Under the pieces are notes generated by a model, which saw nothing but the letters and a program-made list of their open reading frames with translations, searched no databases and was not told the origin of the DNA. The position numbers and the translations under genes are program-made. Positions 1 to 13,300 of a DNA stretch of 64,000 nucleotides are shown here, piece after piece. The stretch covers positions 2,356,001 through 2,420,000 of the forward strand of contig CATNEN010000031.1 of the NCBI GenBank assembly GCA_950097015.1, given 5' to 3'. Origin of the DNA: Macrostomum hystrix. Taxonomy: Eukaryota > Animalia > Platyhelminthes. Each line of letters begins with the position of its first letter. Position 1 is the first letter of the stretch.

Positions 1-170
1 ACCCAAAATGACACCCAGTCACTCAAAATGACACCTATTCACCCAAAATGACACCCAGTCATTCAAAGTGACACCCAGTCATTCAAAATGACACCCAGTC
101 ATTCAAAATGACACCCAGTCGTTTAGAATGGCACACAGTAACTCAAAATGACACTCGACCACTTAAAATG
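1..170. repeat. Minisatellite, 20-bp unit (CATTCAAAATGACACCCAGT-like), about 8 degenerate copies, truncated by window start
   Basis: Direct 20-bp periodicity. Confidence 0.85.
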
Positions 171-1044
171 TACACTTAATCATTCAATAATGAAGCAATA
201 AAAGAGAAATTCATATTGAAGCCCCGGAGGTGGCAGCGGAATGTCACCCCTATCACACAAAATGACCTGACAGAGATATTTGCCAACCGAACGCAGTTGA
301 GCACTCACCGATCCATCCTCTGACTGATAAGACTGTATACTAACAGCTGGCATCACTGACAGAGTGAACTTTCCAGTATAAACGATTGCTTAGAGTAGCT
401 CAATCCAAAGCCTAGCGAATAGCATTTATCTACACAGGCAAGCTACAGTCAACTCATCGCCTGGACCAATGGTAAATGGGCTAGCAGAGGCAGTAGCCCT
501 ATTGTGCGGTCAGTGAGAGGGTCTTTAATTGCTGCCTTTTAATTGTGCAGATGCTCCCGATTCGCCAGACAAAATTTTGCCGCATTGCTAAGAAAACTTC
601 AGTGAATTTTGGCTGGCCGGCTTTGTTTTCCCTTTGAACTGCTGGTCCCGACAACAGTCGCCAGGATGGGATGGTTGCGACCATAAACCATAAACTATGC
701 TTCCTCCACAGCACTGGCAGCCAATTTCTAGGAAATACAAACGTTGGCCCGGGTTTCGTGAGAGGGCAATTCTGGCCAACGAGGAATAAAATCTGATCGC
801 TTGTCTGTATAATAAAAGCTGGGGCCCAGCTGTTGCAGAAAAGGCAACTAAATAACTAGCATTTTGATAGTCTCTGTCTGTGCATGCCAGGTGCCCGGAT
901 TGCGGACCCGAGACAAATAAAAACCAGTCCCGTTTGGCACTTAAAATTCTTACCAAAGAACAGACGAGAAATAAGAATCTTGGGCGCGCCGTTTGGGATT
1001 TCATTTGGGTAGTCTATGGTAATAGAGGGACCCGTGTCTAAAAC

Positions 1045-1285
1045 ATCTGTCTCATCAGGAGAGATCTCCTGTGTCTCATCTCTCTCGTGTCTCATCTCTC
1101 TCGTGTCTCATCTCTCCAGACTCTCATCTCTCCAATGTCTCATCTCTCCCGTGTCTCATCTCTCCCGTGTCTCATCTCTCACGTGTCTCATCTCTCCCGT
1201 GTCTCATCTCTTTCCAATCGCATCTCTGCAAGTCTAATCTCTCCTATCTCATCTCTCCACCCATCTGTCATCTCTCCACTGTCTC
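1045..1285. repeat. Minisatellite, 16-bp unit (CATCTCTCCCGTGTCT), about 14 copies
   Basis: Direct periodicity; explains the repetitive ORFs 1016-1374. Confidence 0.9.
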
Positions 1286-2134
1286 ATTGCCAGCCTCTGC
1301 GAAAAAAAAGTATTAGAAAATTTCTAGATAAAATGTACAGTGACATCAGCTGTCAAAATCAGATCCAAACTTAGAATATTAATTTGAAATTTTACAAGTT
1401 TTATCCCACACTAGTTACTTTAAAATGCAAACTAACTACTATGGCAGTAGTATAAAGCAGATTTTCCTAAGATGTCATTAAAATCCCCAAGGTTAAAAAA
1501 TGTATCAAACTCGATAAAATACTATTTAAAGTACTCGTATCTCACAGCCAAGGAAACTGGATGCAATATTCAAGTTAATGCCATCCAATTCATAGCTGCT
1601 TTAATGTGTTCGGAAACAATAAAATGCCCATGTGCCTACTACAATGAGCCCATGTGCTATGATAGTCTGGAGCCCTGTATCCAAGTGCCATATGAGGGAT
1701 AAGCCTCTCTATCTATTTTAGTGGAGAATTGAGGAGTTTACCGTTTATATAGCACTTTTATGGCCCTGCCCAGCTGCCATAAGCTCAAGCTCCAACTCCG
1801 TCTGTCTGTCTGTCTGTCTCTCACGCCAGTGCTAACGAGAGCCCAATATAATTAGAGATGAAGAGATATCATTGGGTTGAGCGTGAGTGTTAGCCACTGG
1901 CCTGCGGGCGCGATGAAGGCAATTAGTTTTATGGGGCCATCAAACTGGGCCTGAAGCAGCACCGTAAACTAGCCGCATCCACCTCACACCAGCCTCCCTT
2001 CCTGTCAAGGCGTCTGAATTACTCCAAAAATCATTGCTTTGTCACTTTCGATTGAGTCTGTCGGCCTGTCTCCCTCTCTGTTAGTCTCTAATCTCTCACA
2101 TCTCTCATCTCTCATCTCTCATATTTGTCTCTTT

Positions 2135-2850
2135 CGGTCTGTCTCTCTCTGTCTGTCTCTCTGTCTGTCTCTATCTGTCTGTCTCTCTGTCTGTCTCTAT
2201 CTGTCTGTCTCTCTATCTGTCTCTATCTGTCTGTCTCTATCTGTCTGTCTCTATCTGTCTGTCTCTATCTGTCTGTCTCTCTGTCCGTCTCTCTGTCTGT
2301 CTCTATCTGTCTGTCTCTATCTGTCCGTCTCTCTGTCTGTCTCTCTGTCTGTCTCTCTGTCTGACTCTCTCTATCTGTCTCTATCTGTCTGTCTCTATCT
2401 GTCCGTCTCTCTGTCTGTCTCTCTGTCTGTCTCTCTGTCTGTCTCTATCTGTCTGTCTCTCTGTCCGTCTCTCTGTCTGTCTCTCTGTCTGTCTCTATCT
2501 GTCTCTCTCTGTCTGTCTCTATCTGTCCGTCTCTCTGTCCGTCTCTCTGTCTGTCTCTATCTGTCTCTGTCCTACTGTCTGTCCCTATCTGTCTGTCTCT
2601 GTCTGTCTCTATCTGTCTCTGTCCTACTGTCTGTCTCTATCTGTCTCTGTCCTACTGTCTGTCCCTATCTGTCTGTCTCTCTGTCTGTCTCTCTGTCCGT
2701 TTCTCTGTCTGTCTCTATCTGTCTCTGTCCTACTGTCTGTCTCTATCTGTCTGTCTTTCTGTCTGTCTCTATCTGTCTTTCTGTCTGTCTCTATCTGTCT
2801 TTCTGTCTGTCTCTATCTGTCTTTCTGTCTGTCTCTATCTGTCTGTCTTT
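2135..2850. repeat. Compound TCTG/TCTC/TCTA microsatellite
   Basis: Pyrimidine-rich tetranucleotide mosaic; source of the spurious Ser/Leu/Val/Cys ORF 2039-2956. Confidence 0.95.
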
Positions 2851-3434
2851 GTCTAACTGTCTCTCATTCGTTCTGTATGTCTCTCTCTTCTGTCTGTTTC
2901 TCTCAGTCTGGTTCTCTCTCTGTTTCCGTATATTCTCATCCGTACCAAGAACATAGACAGACAGATAGTAGACTGAAGTCTACTTAAGAAGTCCTTGATC
3001 CGTACATCATAAAAAATGAAAAGTTTTGTTAGTCTTTCGCCCTGACTTTATTTCTTGAACCGATCATGACATTGTATTATTAGTGAATTCTCTAATATTC
3101 ATAACTTATGAACTCTAGCTTAAGGCCCTGCTCAGCCTTGAGCAGTTCGGAAATCAAACTGTAACTATTTTCTCTGCTCAAAAATGCATTGCTCAGCGCA
3201 TTGTATCAAAGGGAAACTTTTTTGCCTGAATTTTCAGAGGCGCGCAGCGCTGAGTCACAGACGCTTCATACTTAACTTTCATGAGTGTATGTGTGGCCCG
3301 CTTTTATTGCCACTAACTATAAAGCCACACTGCATCCACAGTGGACCATTTATGGTCGTTTTTATGCATAATTCGCCGACATCCAAGTCTGCGATATGGG
3401 AACCCAAACAACTCAATGCTATAGACTCTGTGAC

Positions 3435-6400
3435 TCAGGCTTCAAGCTCTGATGGCTCAGGAGACACTAAAACTTTTGCTTCATTTCTGATTAAAATATG
3501 TTTCTTGTATCTCAGCATCATGATTTTTTCATGAGAGACTCTTGATCTTTAGGACAGGATTTGAAGGACAGGATCTCCAAGACAGGATTTGAAGGACAGT
3601 GTTCGAAGGACAGGATCTCCAAGACAGGATTTGAAGGACAGTGTTCGAAGGACAGGATCTCCAAGACAGGATTTGAAGGACAGGATCTCCAGGACAGGAT
3701 TTGAAGGACAGTATTCGAAGGACAGGATCTCCAAGACAGGATTTGAAGGACAGTGTTCGAAGGACAGGATCTCCAAGACAGGATTTGAAGGACAGTGTTC
3801 GAAGGACAGGATCTCCAAGACAGGATTTGAAGGACAGGATCTCCAAGACAGGATTTGAAGGACAGTATTCGAAGGACAGGATCTCCAAGACAGGATTTGA
3901 AGGACAGGATCTCTAAGACAGGATTTGAAGGACAGTATTCGAAGGACAGGATCTCCAAGACAGGATTTGAAGGACAGTATTCGAAGGACAGGATCTCCAA
4001 GACAGGATTTGAAGGACAGTGTTCGAAGGACAGGATCTCCAAGACAGGATTTGAAGGACAGTGTTCGAAGGACAGGATCTCCAAGACAGGATTTGAAGGA
4101 CAGGATCTCCAAGACAGGATTTGAAGGACAGTTTTCGAAGGACAGGATCTCCAAGACAGGATTTGAAGGACAGGATCTCTAAGACAGGATTTGAAGGACA
4201 GTATTCGAAGGACAGGATCTCCAAGACAGGATTTGAAGGACAGTATTCGAAGGACAGGATCTCCAAGACAGGATTTGAAGGACAGTATTCGAAGGACAGG
4301 ATCTCTAAGACAGGATTTGAAGGACAAGATCTCCAAGACAGGATTTGAAGGACAGTTTTCGAAGGACAGGATCTCCAAGACAGGATTTGAAGGACAGAAT
4401 TCGAAGGACAGGATCTCCAAGACAGGATTTGAAGGACAGTGTTCGAAGGACAGGATCTCCAAGACAGGATTTGAAGGACAGGATCTCCAAGACAGGATTT
4501 GAAGGACAGTATTCGAAGGACAGGATCTCCAAGACAGGATTTGAAGGACAGTATTCGAAGGACAGGATCTCCAAGACAGGATTTGAAGGACAGGATCTCT
4601 AAGACAGGATTTGAAGGACAGTGTTCGAAGGACAGGATCTCCAAGACAGGATTTGAAGGACAGTGTTCGAAGGACAGGATCTCCAAGACAGGATTTGAAG
4701 GACAGTGTTCGAAGGACAGGATCTCCAAGACAGGATTTGAAGGACAGTGTTCGAAGGACAGGATCTCCAAGACAGGATTTGAAGGACAGTGTTCGAAGGA
4801 CAGGATCTCCAAGACAGGATTTGAAGGACAGGATCTCCAAGACAGGATTTGAAGGACAGTATTCGAAGGACAGGATCTCCAAGACAGGATTTGAAGGACA
4901 GGATCTCTAAGACAGGATTTGAAGGACAGTATTCGAAGGACAGGATCTCCAAGACAGGATTTGAAGGACAGTATTCGAAGGACAGGATCTCCAAGACAGG
5001 ATTTGAAGGACAGTGTTCGAAGGACAGGATCTCCAAGACAGGATTTGAAGGACAGTGTTCGAAGGACAGGATCTCCAAGACAGGATTTGAAGGACAGGAT
5101 CTCCAAGACAGGATTTGAAGGACAGTTTTCGAAGGACAGGATCTCCAAGACAGGATTTGAAGGACAGGATCTCTAAGACAGGATTTGAAGGACAGTATTC
5201 GAAGGACAGGATCTCCAAGACAGGATTTGAAGGACAGTATTCGAAGGACAGGATCTCCAAGACAGGATTTGAAGGACAGTATTCGAAGGACAGGATCTCC
5301 AAGACAGGATTTGAAGGACAAGATCTCCAAGACAGGATTTGAAGGACAGTTTTCGAAGGACAGGATCTCCAAGACAGGATTTGAAGGACAGGATCTCCAA
5401 GACAGGATTTGAAGGACAGTATTCGAAGGACAGGATCTCCAAGACAGGATTTGAAGGACAGTATTCGAAGGACAGGATCTCCAAGACAGGATTTGAAGGA
5501 CAGGATCTCTAAGACAGGATTTGAAGGACAGTGTTCGAAGGACAGGATCTCCAAGACAGGATTTGAAGGACAGTGTTCGAAGGACAGGATCTCCAAGACA
5601 GGATTTGAAGGACAGTATTCGAAGGACAGGATCTCCAAGACAGGATTTGAAGGACAGTATTCGAAGGACAGGATCTCCAAGACAGGATTTGAAGGACAGG
5701 ATCTCCAAGACAGGATTTGAAGGACAGTGTTCGAAGGACAGGATCTCCAAGACAGGATTTGAAGGACAGTGTTCGAAGGACAGGATCTCCAAGACAGGAT
5801 TTGAAGGACAAGATCTCCAAGACAGGATTTGAAGGACAGTTTTCGAAGGACAGGATCTCCAAGACAGGATTTGAAGGACAGAATTCGAAGGACAGGATCT
5901 CCAAGACAGGATTTGAAGGACAGTGTTCGAAGGACAGGATCTCCAAGACAGGATTTGAAGGACAGGATCTCCAAGACAGGATTTGAAGGACAGTATTCGA
6001 AGGACAGGATCTCCAAGACAGGATTTGAAGGACAGGATCTCTAAGACAGGATTTGAAGGACAGTATTCGAAGGACAGGATCTCCAAGACAGGATTTGAAG
6101 GACAGTATTCGAAGGACAGGATCTCCAAGACAGGATTTGAAGGACAGTATTCGAAGGACAGGATCTCCAAGACAGGATTTGAAGGACAGGATCTCCAAGA
6201 CAGGATTTGAAGGACAGTGTTCGAAGGACAGGATCTCCAAGACAGGATTTGAAGGACAGTATTCGAAGGACAGGATCTCCAAGACAGGATTTGAAGGACA
6301 GTATTCGAAGGACAGGATCTCCAAGACAGGATTTGAAGGACAGGATCTCTAAGACAGGATTTGAAGGACAGTATTCGAAGGACAGGATCTTCAAGACAGG

Positions 6401-9400
6401 ATTTGAAGGACAGTTTTCGAAGGACAGGATCTCCAAGACAGGATTTGAAGGACAGTTTTCGAAGGACAGGATCTCCAAGACAGGATTTGAAGGACAGTGT
6501 TCGAAGGACAGGATCACCAAGACAGGATTTGAAGGACAGGATCTCTAAGACAGGATTTGAAGGACAGTTTATGAAGGACAGGATCTCCAAGACAGGATTT
6601 GAAGGACAGTATTCGAAGGACAGGATCTCCAAGACAGGATTTGAAGGACAGGATCTCTAAGACAGGATTTGAAGGACAGTATTCGAAGGACAGGATCTTC
6701 AAGAAAGGATTTGAAGGACAGTATTCGAAGGACAGGATCTCCAAGACAGGATTTGAAGGACAGGATCTCTAAGACAGGATTTGAAGGACAGTTTTCGAAG
6801 GACAGGATCTCCAAGACAGGATTTGAAGGACAGTTTTCGAAGGACATGATCTCCAAGACAGGATTTGAAGGACAGTATTCGAAGGACAGGATCATCAAGA
6901 CAGGATTTGAAGGACAGTGTTCGAAGGACAGGATCACCAAGACAGGATTTGAAGGACAGGATCTCTAAGACAGGATTTGAAGGACAGTGTTCGAAGGACA
7001 GGATCACCAAGACAGGATTTGAAGGACAGGATCTCTAAGACAGGATTTGAAGGACAGTTTTCGAAGGACAGGATCTCCAAGACAGGATTTGAAGGACAGT
7101 TTTCGAAGGACAGGATCTCCAAGACAGGATTTGAAGGACAAGATCTCCAAGACAGGATTTGAAAGACAGTTTTCGAAGGACAGGATCTCCAAGACAGGAT
7201 TTGAAGGACAGGATCTCCAAGACAGGATTTGAAGGACAGGATCTCCAGGACAGGATTCGAAGGACAGGATCTCTAAGACAGGATTTGAAGGACAGTATTC
7301 GAAGGACAGGATCTCCAGGACAGGATTCGAAGGACAGGATCTCCAAGACAGGATTCGAAGGACAGGATCTCCAAGGCTCCAGATCTGAAGCAGATGTTTA
7401 GGAAGGGATATCTATAAGGATCACTTGATGGCTCTACTAAAAACTTCCGATAGTAAAATTTGCGAAGTGTCCTTGGGAAGCAGGAAGGAGCAGTCAAAGT
7501 AGGCGGCACACACATGTAGAGCCACGTCGGTGAAAGTAAATGTCTGCAAGACCATCTTGATAAAAAGTGTAGAAAACTGAAGAAAGAAATAAAAAAATTG
7601 AAAGGCTCGGACAGAACTATAGGGTGCGATAGTGTCAGGGTGAGAGAAATTAGGCAGCGCAGAAATAAAAACAAATTAAGGACTTGCTCTCCGGGCCAGC
7701 AATGCCGGTGTGGTGTAGGGCATTGTGCTGCAATTGCTTCTGGGACTTCCGACAGCACGTTGAGCGGTTGCGGGCGCGGCTGCATTGCCGGCAAGCAAGT
7801 GTCATAAAGGTTTTATGCTGGCCCATATAAAATTTACAGCTCTGAGTGTTGGGGGGGGCATTGGCCGCTGCATCTGGCAAGATTTTCGGGACTAGCAGAC
7901 ACTCGGATACTGGGATAAAGGTGGAACAACTTGCCACAATGAGACAGACCAACTCCGCCAAACTGACAGCTGCCATACCTGAAGCCGTATTAACCCGGGA
8001 ATAGAAAATACTGGATTCCATTTGTTTCATTTCCTTTTATGAATTCGGAAATGCTTTGATGACGAAGGTTATTTTCGGATTCTTCCAAAAGGGATTCTTC
8101 TGGGATTTCCTAGCGAATTCCATTCCTAACAGGATTCTTCAAGGATTTTCTTGGGGATTCCATTCCTAACAGGATTCTTCAGAGATTTTCTTGGGGATTC
8201 CATTCCTAACAGGATTCTTCAGAGATTTTCTTGGGATTCCATTCCTAACAGGATTCTTCAGAGATTTTCTTGGGATTCCATTCCTAACAGGATTCTTCAG
8301 AGATTTCTAGGGGATTGAACCAACACGAAACACAATTTAGAAGGATTTCTAAGATCCTATGTGGAACACAATCCTGCAGGGATTTCTCCTAGGATTTCAT
8401 TCAGCACAAAATCCTGCAGGGATTTCTTTTGGGATTTTATTCGAAAGACAATCCTGCAGGGATTTTTCCTAGGATTTCACTCGAAACACAATCCTGCAGG
8501 GATTTTTCCTAGGATTTCACTCGAAACACAATCCTGCAGGGATTTTTCCTAGTATTTCACTCGGAACACAATCCTGTAGGGATTTCTCCTAGGATTTCAT
8601 TCAGCACAAAATCCTGCAGGGATTTCTCCTAGGATTTTATTAGAAACGCAATCCTGCAGGGATTTTTCTTAGGATTTCACTTGGAACACAATCCCGTAGG
8701 GATTTTTCCTAGGATTTCATTCGAAACACAATCCTGCAGGGATTTTTCCTAGGATTTCACTCGGAACACAATCCTGTAGGGATTTTTCCTAGGATTTCAT
8801 TCGGAACACAATCCTGTAGGAATTTCTCCTAGGATTTTATTCGAAACACAATCCTGCAGGTATTTCTCCTAGGATTTCACTTGGAACACAATCCTGCAGG
8901 GATTTCTTTTGGGAATTTATTCGAAACACAATCCTGCAGGGATTTTTCCTAGGATTTCACTCGGAACACAATCCTGTAGGGATTTCTCCTAGGATTTCAC
9001 TCGGAACACAATCCTGTAGGGATTTCTCCTATGATTTCACTCGGAACACAATCCTGCAGGGATTTCTTTTGGGATTTTATTCGAAACACAATCCTGCAGG
9101 GATTTTTCCTAGGATTTCACTCGGAACACAATCCTGTAGGGATTTCTCCTAGGATTTCACTCGGAACACAATCCTGTAGAGATTTCTCCTAGGATTTCAC
9201 TCGGAACACAATCCTGTAGGGATTTCTCCTAGGATTTCATTCAGCACAAAATCCTGCAGGGATTTCTTTTGGGATTTTATTTCGAAACACAATCCTGCAG
9301 GGATTTTTCCTAGGATTTCACTCGGAACACAATCCTGTAGGGATTTTTCCTAGGATTTCACTCGGAACACAATCCTGTAGGGATTTCTCCTAGGATTTCA

Positions 9401-10248
9401 TTCAGCACAAAATCCTGCAGGGATTTCTTTTGGGATTTTATTTCGAAACACAATCCTGCAGGGATTTTTCCTAGGATTTCACTCGGAACACAATCCTGTA
9501 GGGATTTTTCCTAGGATTTCACTCGGAACACAATCCTGTAGGGATTTCTCCTAGGATTTCATTCAGCACAAAATCCTGCAGGGATTTCTTTTGGGATTTT
9601 ATTTCGAAACACAATCCTGCAGGGATTTTTCCTAGGATTTCACTCGGAACACAATCCTGCAGGGATTTTTCCTAGGATTTCACTCGGAACACAATCCTGT
9701 AGAGATTTCTCCTAGGATTTCACTCGGAACACAATCCTGTAGGGATTTCTCCTAGGATTTCACTCGGAACACAATCCTGCAAGGATTTCTCCCGGTTTTG
9801 TGAAGCAGCAGAACTCAGACTTACCACTGTCAGTTCCGCTACTGACGTGCTGAGTAAGCAGAGCAGGTGAAAACAGATAGCCGTTTGCATCCTGCCAAAC
9901 TCTGTTGGATTAGCGTCGATGAACCCAGGCGAGGTTGCAAGTCAACGCACTGAAGTGTTTTCTGGCCGAATTGCGAATGCAAAGTCTCTGTGTGCAAGAC
10001 TAGGGTAAATTAAAACAAAATTTTATGGCCCATATATATACTGTGCGACTTGTTGCAACTTTTCAACTAAATTTCACTTTTCGATTCTTCGAGCTTAGCC
10101 ACCGAGCCGAACTGCGTGGGATTGGGTGGCGGTGTAGCCAAATTACACCTATCTTACTTTTTCCCTGTCTGCCATTTGTATCGACTGGAGCGGCAGGAAT
10201 TGGCGGCGACAAGTCCCGTTGCCGAGTCTGGGGCTGCTGAGGAAAGCG
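3435..10248 (-). CDS. Candidate unrecognised spliced gene; putative exons 10248-10158, 9901-9825, 7576-7425, 3486-3435
   Basis: Acceptors ttgcag, ctaatccaacag, tttctttcttcag, ttttaatcag; donors GTAAGA, GTAAGT, GTGATC (weak). Phases 1/0/2 join into one open frame ending TGA at 3437-3435. No homology recognised. Confidence 0.3.
3546..7375. repeat. Composite satellite of three related 14-bp subunits (GAAGGACAGGATCT, CCAAGACAGGATTT, GAAGGACAGTRTTC) forming 28- and 42-bp units, about 3.8 kb
   Basis: Direct periodicity; ORF-track patterns recur at a 994-bp offset (71 x 14 bp). Confidence 0.97.
8085..8310. repeat. Minisatellite, about 39-bp unit (CCATTCCTAACAGGATTCTTCAGAGATTTTCTTGGGATT), about 5 copies
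   Basis: Direct periodicity. Confidence 0.9.
8363..9790. repeat. Minisatellite, 40-bp unit (GAACACAATCCTGCAGGGATTTCTCCTAGGATTTCACTCG), about 35 copies, with a 121-bp trimeric higher-order block near 9240-9600
   Basis: Direct periodicity; the unit contains palindromes CCTGCAGG and TCCTAGGA. Confidence 0.95.
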
Positions 10249-10334
10249 CTGCAACAACAACCCCAAATGCCACAGCCAACCACAAGCCTCTGCGCCTCCT
10301 CCAGACAGACTCAGCGAAATAGCATCTCACAGCT

Positions 10335-13300
10335 CTCCCCACTGTCTCCCTCTCCCACTGTCTCCCTCTCCCACTGTCTCCCTCTCCCACTGTCTCCCTC
10401 TCCCACTGTCTCCCTCTCCCCACTGTCTCCCTCTCCCACTGTCTCCCTCTCCCACTGTCTCCCTCTCCCACTGTCTCCCTCTCCCCACTGTCTCCCTCTC
10501 CCACTGTCTCCCTCTCCCACTGTCTCCCTCTCCCACTGTCTCCCTCTCCCACTGTCTCCCTCTCCCACTGTCTCCCTCTCCCCACTGTCTCCCTCTCCCA
10601 CTGTCTCCCTCTCCCACTGTCTCCCTCTCCCCACTGTCTCCCTCTCCCACTGTCTCCCTCTCCCCACTGTCTCCCTCTCCCACTGTCTCCCTCTCCCACT
10701 GTCTCCCTCTCCCCACTGTCTCCCTCTCCCACTGTCTCCCTCTCCCACTGTCTCCCTCTCCCACTGTCTCCCTCTCCCACTGTCTCCCTCTCCCACTGTC
10801 TCCCTCTCCCACTGTCTCCCTCTCCCACTGTCTCCCTCTCCCACTGTCTCCCTCTCCCACTGTCTCCCTCTCCCCACTGTCTCCCTCTCCCACTGTCTCC
10901 CTCTCCCCACTGTCTCCCTCTCCCACTGTCTCCCTCTCCCCACTGTCTCCCTCTCCCACTGTCTCCCTCTCCCACTGTCTCCCTCTCCCCACTGTCTCCC
11001 TCTCCCACTGTCTCCCTCTCCCACTGTCTCCCTCTCCCACTGTCTCCCTCTCCCCACTGTCTCCCTCTCCCACTGTCTCCCTCTCCCACTGTCTCCCTCT
11101 CCCCACTGTCTCCCTCTCCCACTGTCTCCCTCTCCCCACTGTCTCCCTCTCCCACTGTCTCCCTCTCCCACTGTCTCCCTCTCCCACTGTCTCCCTCTCC
11201 CACTGTCTCCCTCTCCCCACTGTCTCCCTCTCCCACTGTCTCCCTCTCCCCACTGTCTCCCTCTCCCACTGTCTCCCTCTCCCACTGTCTCCCTCTCCCC
11301 ACTGTCTCCCTCTCCCACTGTCTCCCTCTCCCCACTGTCTCCCTCTCCCACTGTCTCCCTCTCCCACTGTCTCCCTCTCCCCACTGTCTCCCTCTCCCAC
11401 TGTCTCCCTCTCCCCACTGTCTCCCTCTCCCACTGTCTCCCTCTCCCCACTGTCTCCCTCTCCCACTGTCTCCCTCTCCCCACTGTCTCCCTCTCCCACT
11501 GTCTCCCTCTCCCACTGTCTCCCTCTCCCACTGTCTCCCTCTCCCACTGTCTCCCTCTCCCCACTGTCTCCCTCTCCCACTGTCTCCCTCTCCCCACTGT
11601 CTCCCTCTCCCACTGTCTCCCTCTCCCCACTGTCTCCCTCTCCCACTGTCTCCCTCTCCCACTGTCTCCCTCTCCCCACTGTCTCCCTCTCCCACTGTCT
11701 CCCTCTCCCCACTGTCTCCCTCTCCCACTGTCTCCCTCTCCCACTGTCTCCCTCTCCCACTGTCTCCCTCTCCCACTGTCTCCCTCTCCCACTGTCTCCC
11801 TCTCCCACTGTCTCCCTCTCCCCACTGTCTCCCTCTCCCACTGTCTCCCTCTCCCACTGTCTCCCTCTCCCCACTGTCTCCCTCTCCCACTGTCTCCCTC
11901 TCCCCACTGTCTCCCTCTCCCACTGTCTCCCTCTCCCCACTGTCTCCCTCTCCCACTGTCTCCCTCTCCCACTGTCTCCCTCTCCCCACTGTCTCCCTCT
12001 CCCACTGTCTCCCTCTCCCCACTGTCTCCCTCTCCCACTGTCTCCCTCTCCCCACTGTCTCCCTCTCCCACTGTCTCCCTCTCCCCACTGTCTCCCTCTC
12101 CCACTGTCTCCCTCTCCCCACTGTCTCCCTCTCCCACTGTCTCCCTCTCCCACTGTCTCCCTCTCCCACTGTCTCCCTCTCCCACTGTCTCCCTCTCCCA
12201 CTGTCTCCCTCTCCCCACTGTCTCCCTCTCCCACTGTCTCCCTCTCCCCACTGTCTCCCTCTCCCACTGTCTCCCTCTCCCACTGTCTCCCTCTCCCCAC
12301 TGTCTCCCTCTCCCACTGTCTCCCTCTCCCCACTGTCTCCCTCTCCCACTGTCTCCCTCTCCCCACTGTCTCCCTCTCCCACTGTCTCCCTCTCCCACTG
12401 TCTCCCTCTCCCCACTGTCTCCCTCTCCCACTGTCTCCCTCTCCCCACTGTCTCCCTCTCCCACTGTCTCCCTCTCCCACTGTCTCCCTCTCCCCACTGT
12501 CTCCCTCTCCCACTGTCTCCCTCTCCCACTGTCTCCCTCTCCCCACTGTCTCCCTCTCCCACTGTCTCCCTCTCCCCACTGTCTCCCTCTCCCACTGTCT
12601 CCCTCTCCCACTGTCTCCCTCTCCCACTGTCTCCCTCTCCCACTGTCTCCCTCTCCCCACTGTCTCCCTCTCCCACTGTCTCCCTCTCCCCACTGTCTCC
12701 CTCTCCCACTGTCTCCCTCTCCCACTGTCTCCCTCTCCCCACTGTCTCCCTCTCCCACTGTCTCCCTCTCCCCACTGTCTCCCTCTCCCACTGTCTCCCT
12801 CTCCCCACTGTCTCCCTCTCCCACTGTCTCCCTCTCCCACTGTCTCCCTCTCCCCACTGTCTCCCTCTCCCACTGTCTCCCTCTCCCACTGTCTCCCTCT
12901 CCCACTGTCTCCCTCTCCCACTGTCTCCCTCTCCCCACTGTCTCCCTCTCCCACTGTCTCCCTCTCCCACTGTCTCCCTCTCCCCACTGTCTCCCTCTCC
13001 CACTGTCTCCTTCTCCCACTGTCTCCCTCTCCCCACTGTCTCCCTCTCCCACTGTCTCCCTCTCCCACTGTCTCCCTCTCCCACTGTCTCCCTCTCCCAC
13101 TGTCTCCCTCTCCCACTGTCTCCCTCTCCCCACTGTCTCCCTCTCCCACTGTCTCCCTCTCCCACTGTCTCCCTCTCCCACTGTCTCCCTCTCCCACTGT
13201 CTCCCTCTCCCACTGTCTCCCTCTCCCACTGTCTCCCTCTCCCACTGTCTCCCTCTCCCCACTGTCTCCCTCTCCCACTGTCTCCCTCTCCCCACTGTCT

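Noticed and set aside
3184-3534. Plus-strand ORF ending in a hydrophobic, GPI-signal-like tail, with a Cys-rich segment at 1549-1702 as a possible earlier exon
   Set aside because: No convincing donor links them and no family is recognisable. It also overlaps the competing minus-strand model. Kept only as an alternative to test with RNA-seq.
630-7900. Short inverted similarity between about 640-665 and about 7870-7895, suggesting ends of a large element
   Set aside because: Only about 25 bp with several mismatches and no target-site duplication; compatible with chance.
3546-9790. CRISPR-like appearance of regular, partly palindromic repeats
   Set aside because: There are no unique spacers between repeats and no cas genes, and the context is eukaryotic.
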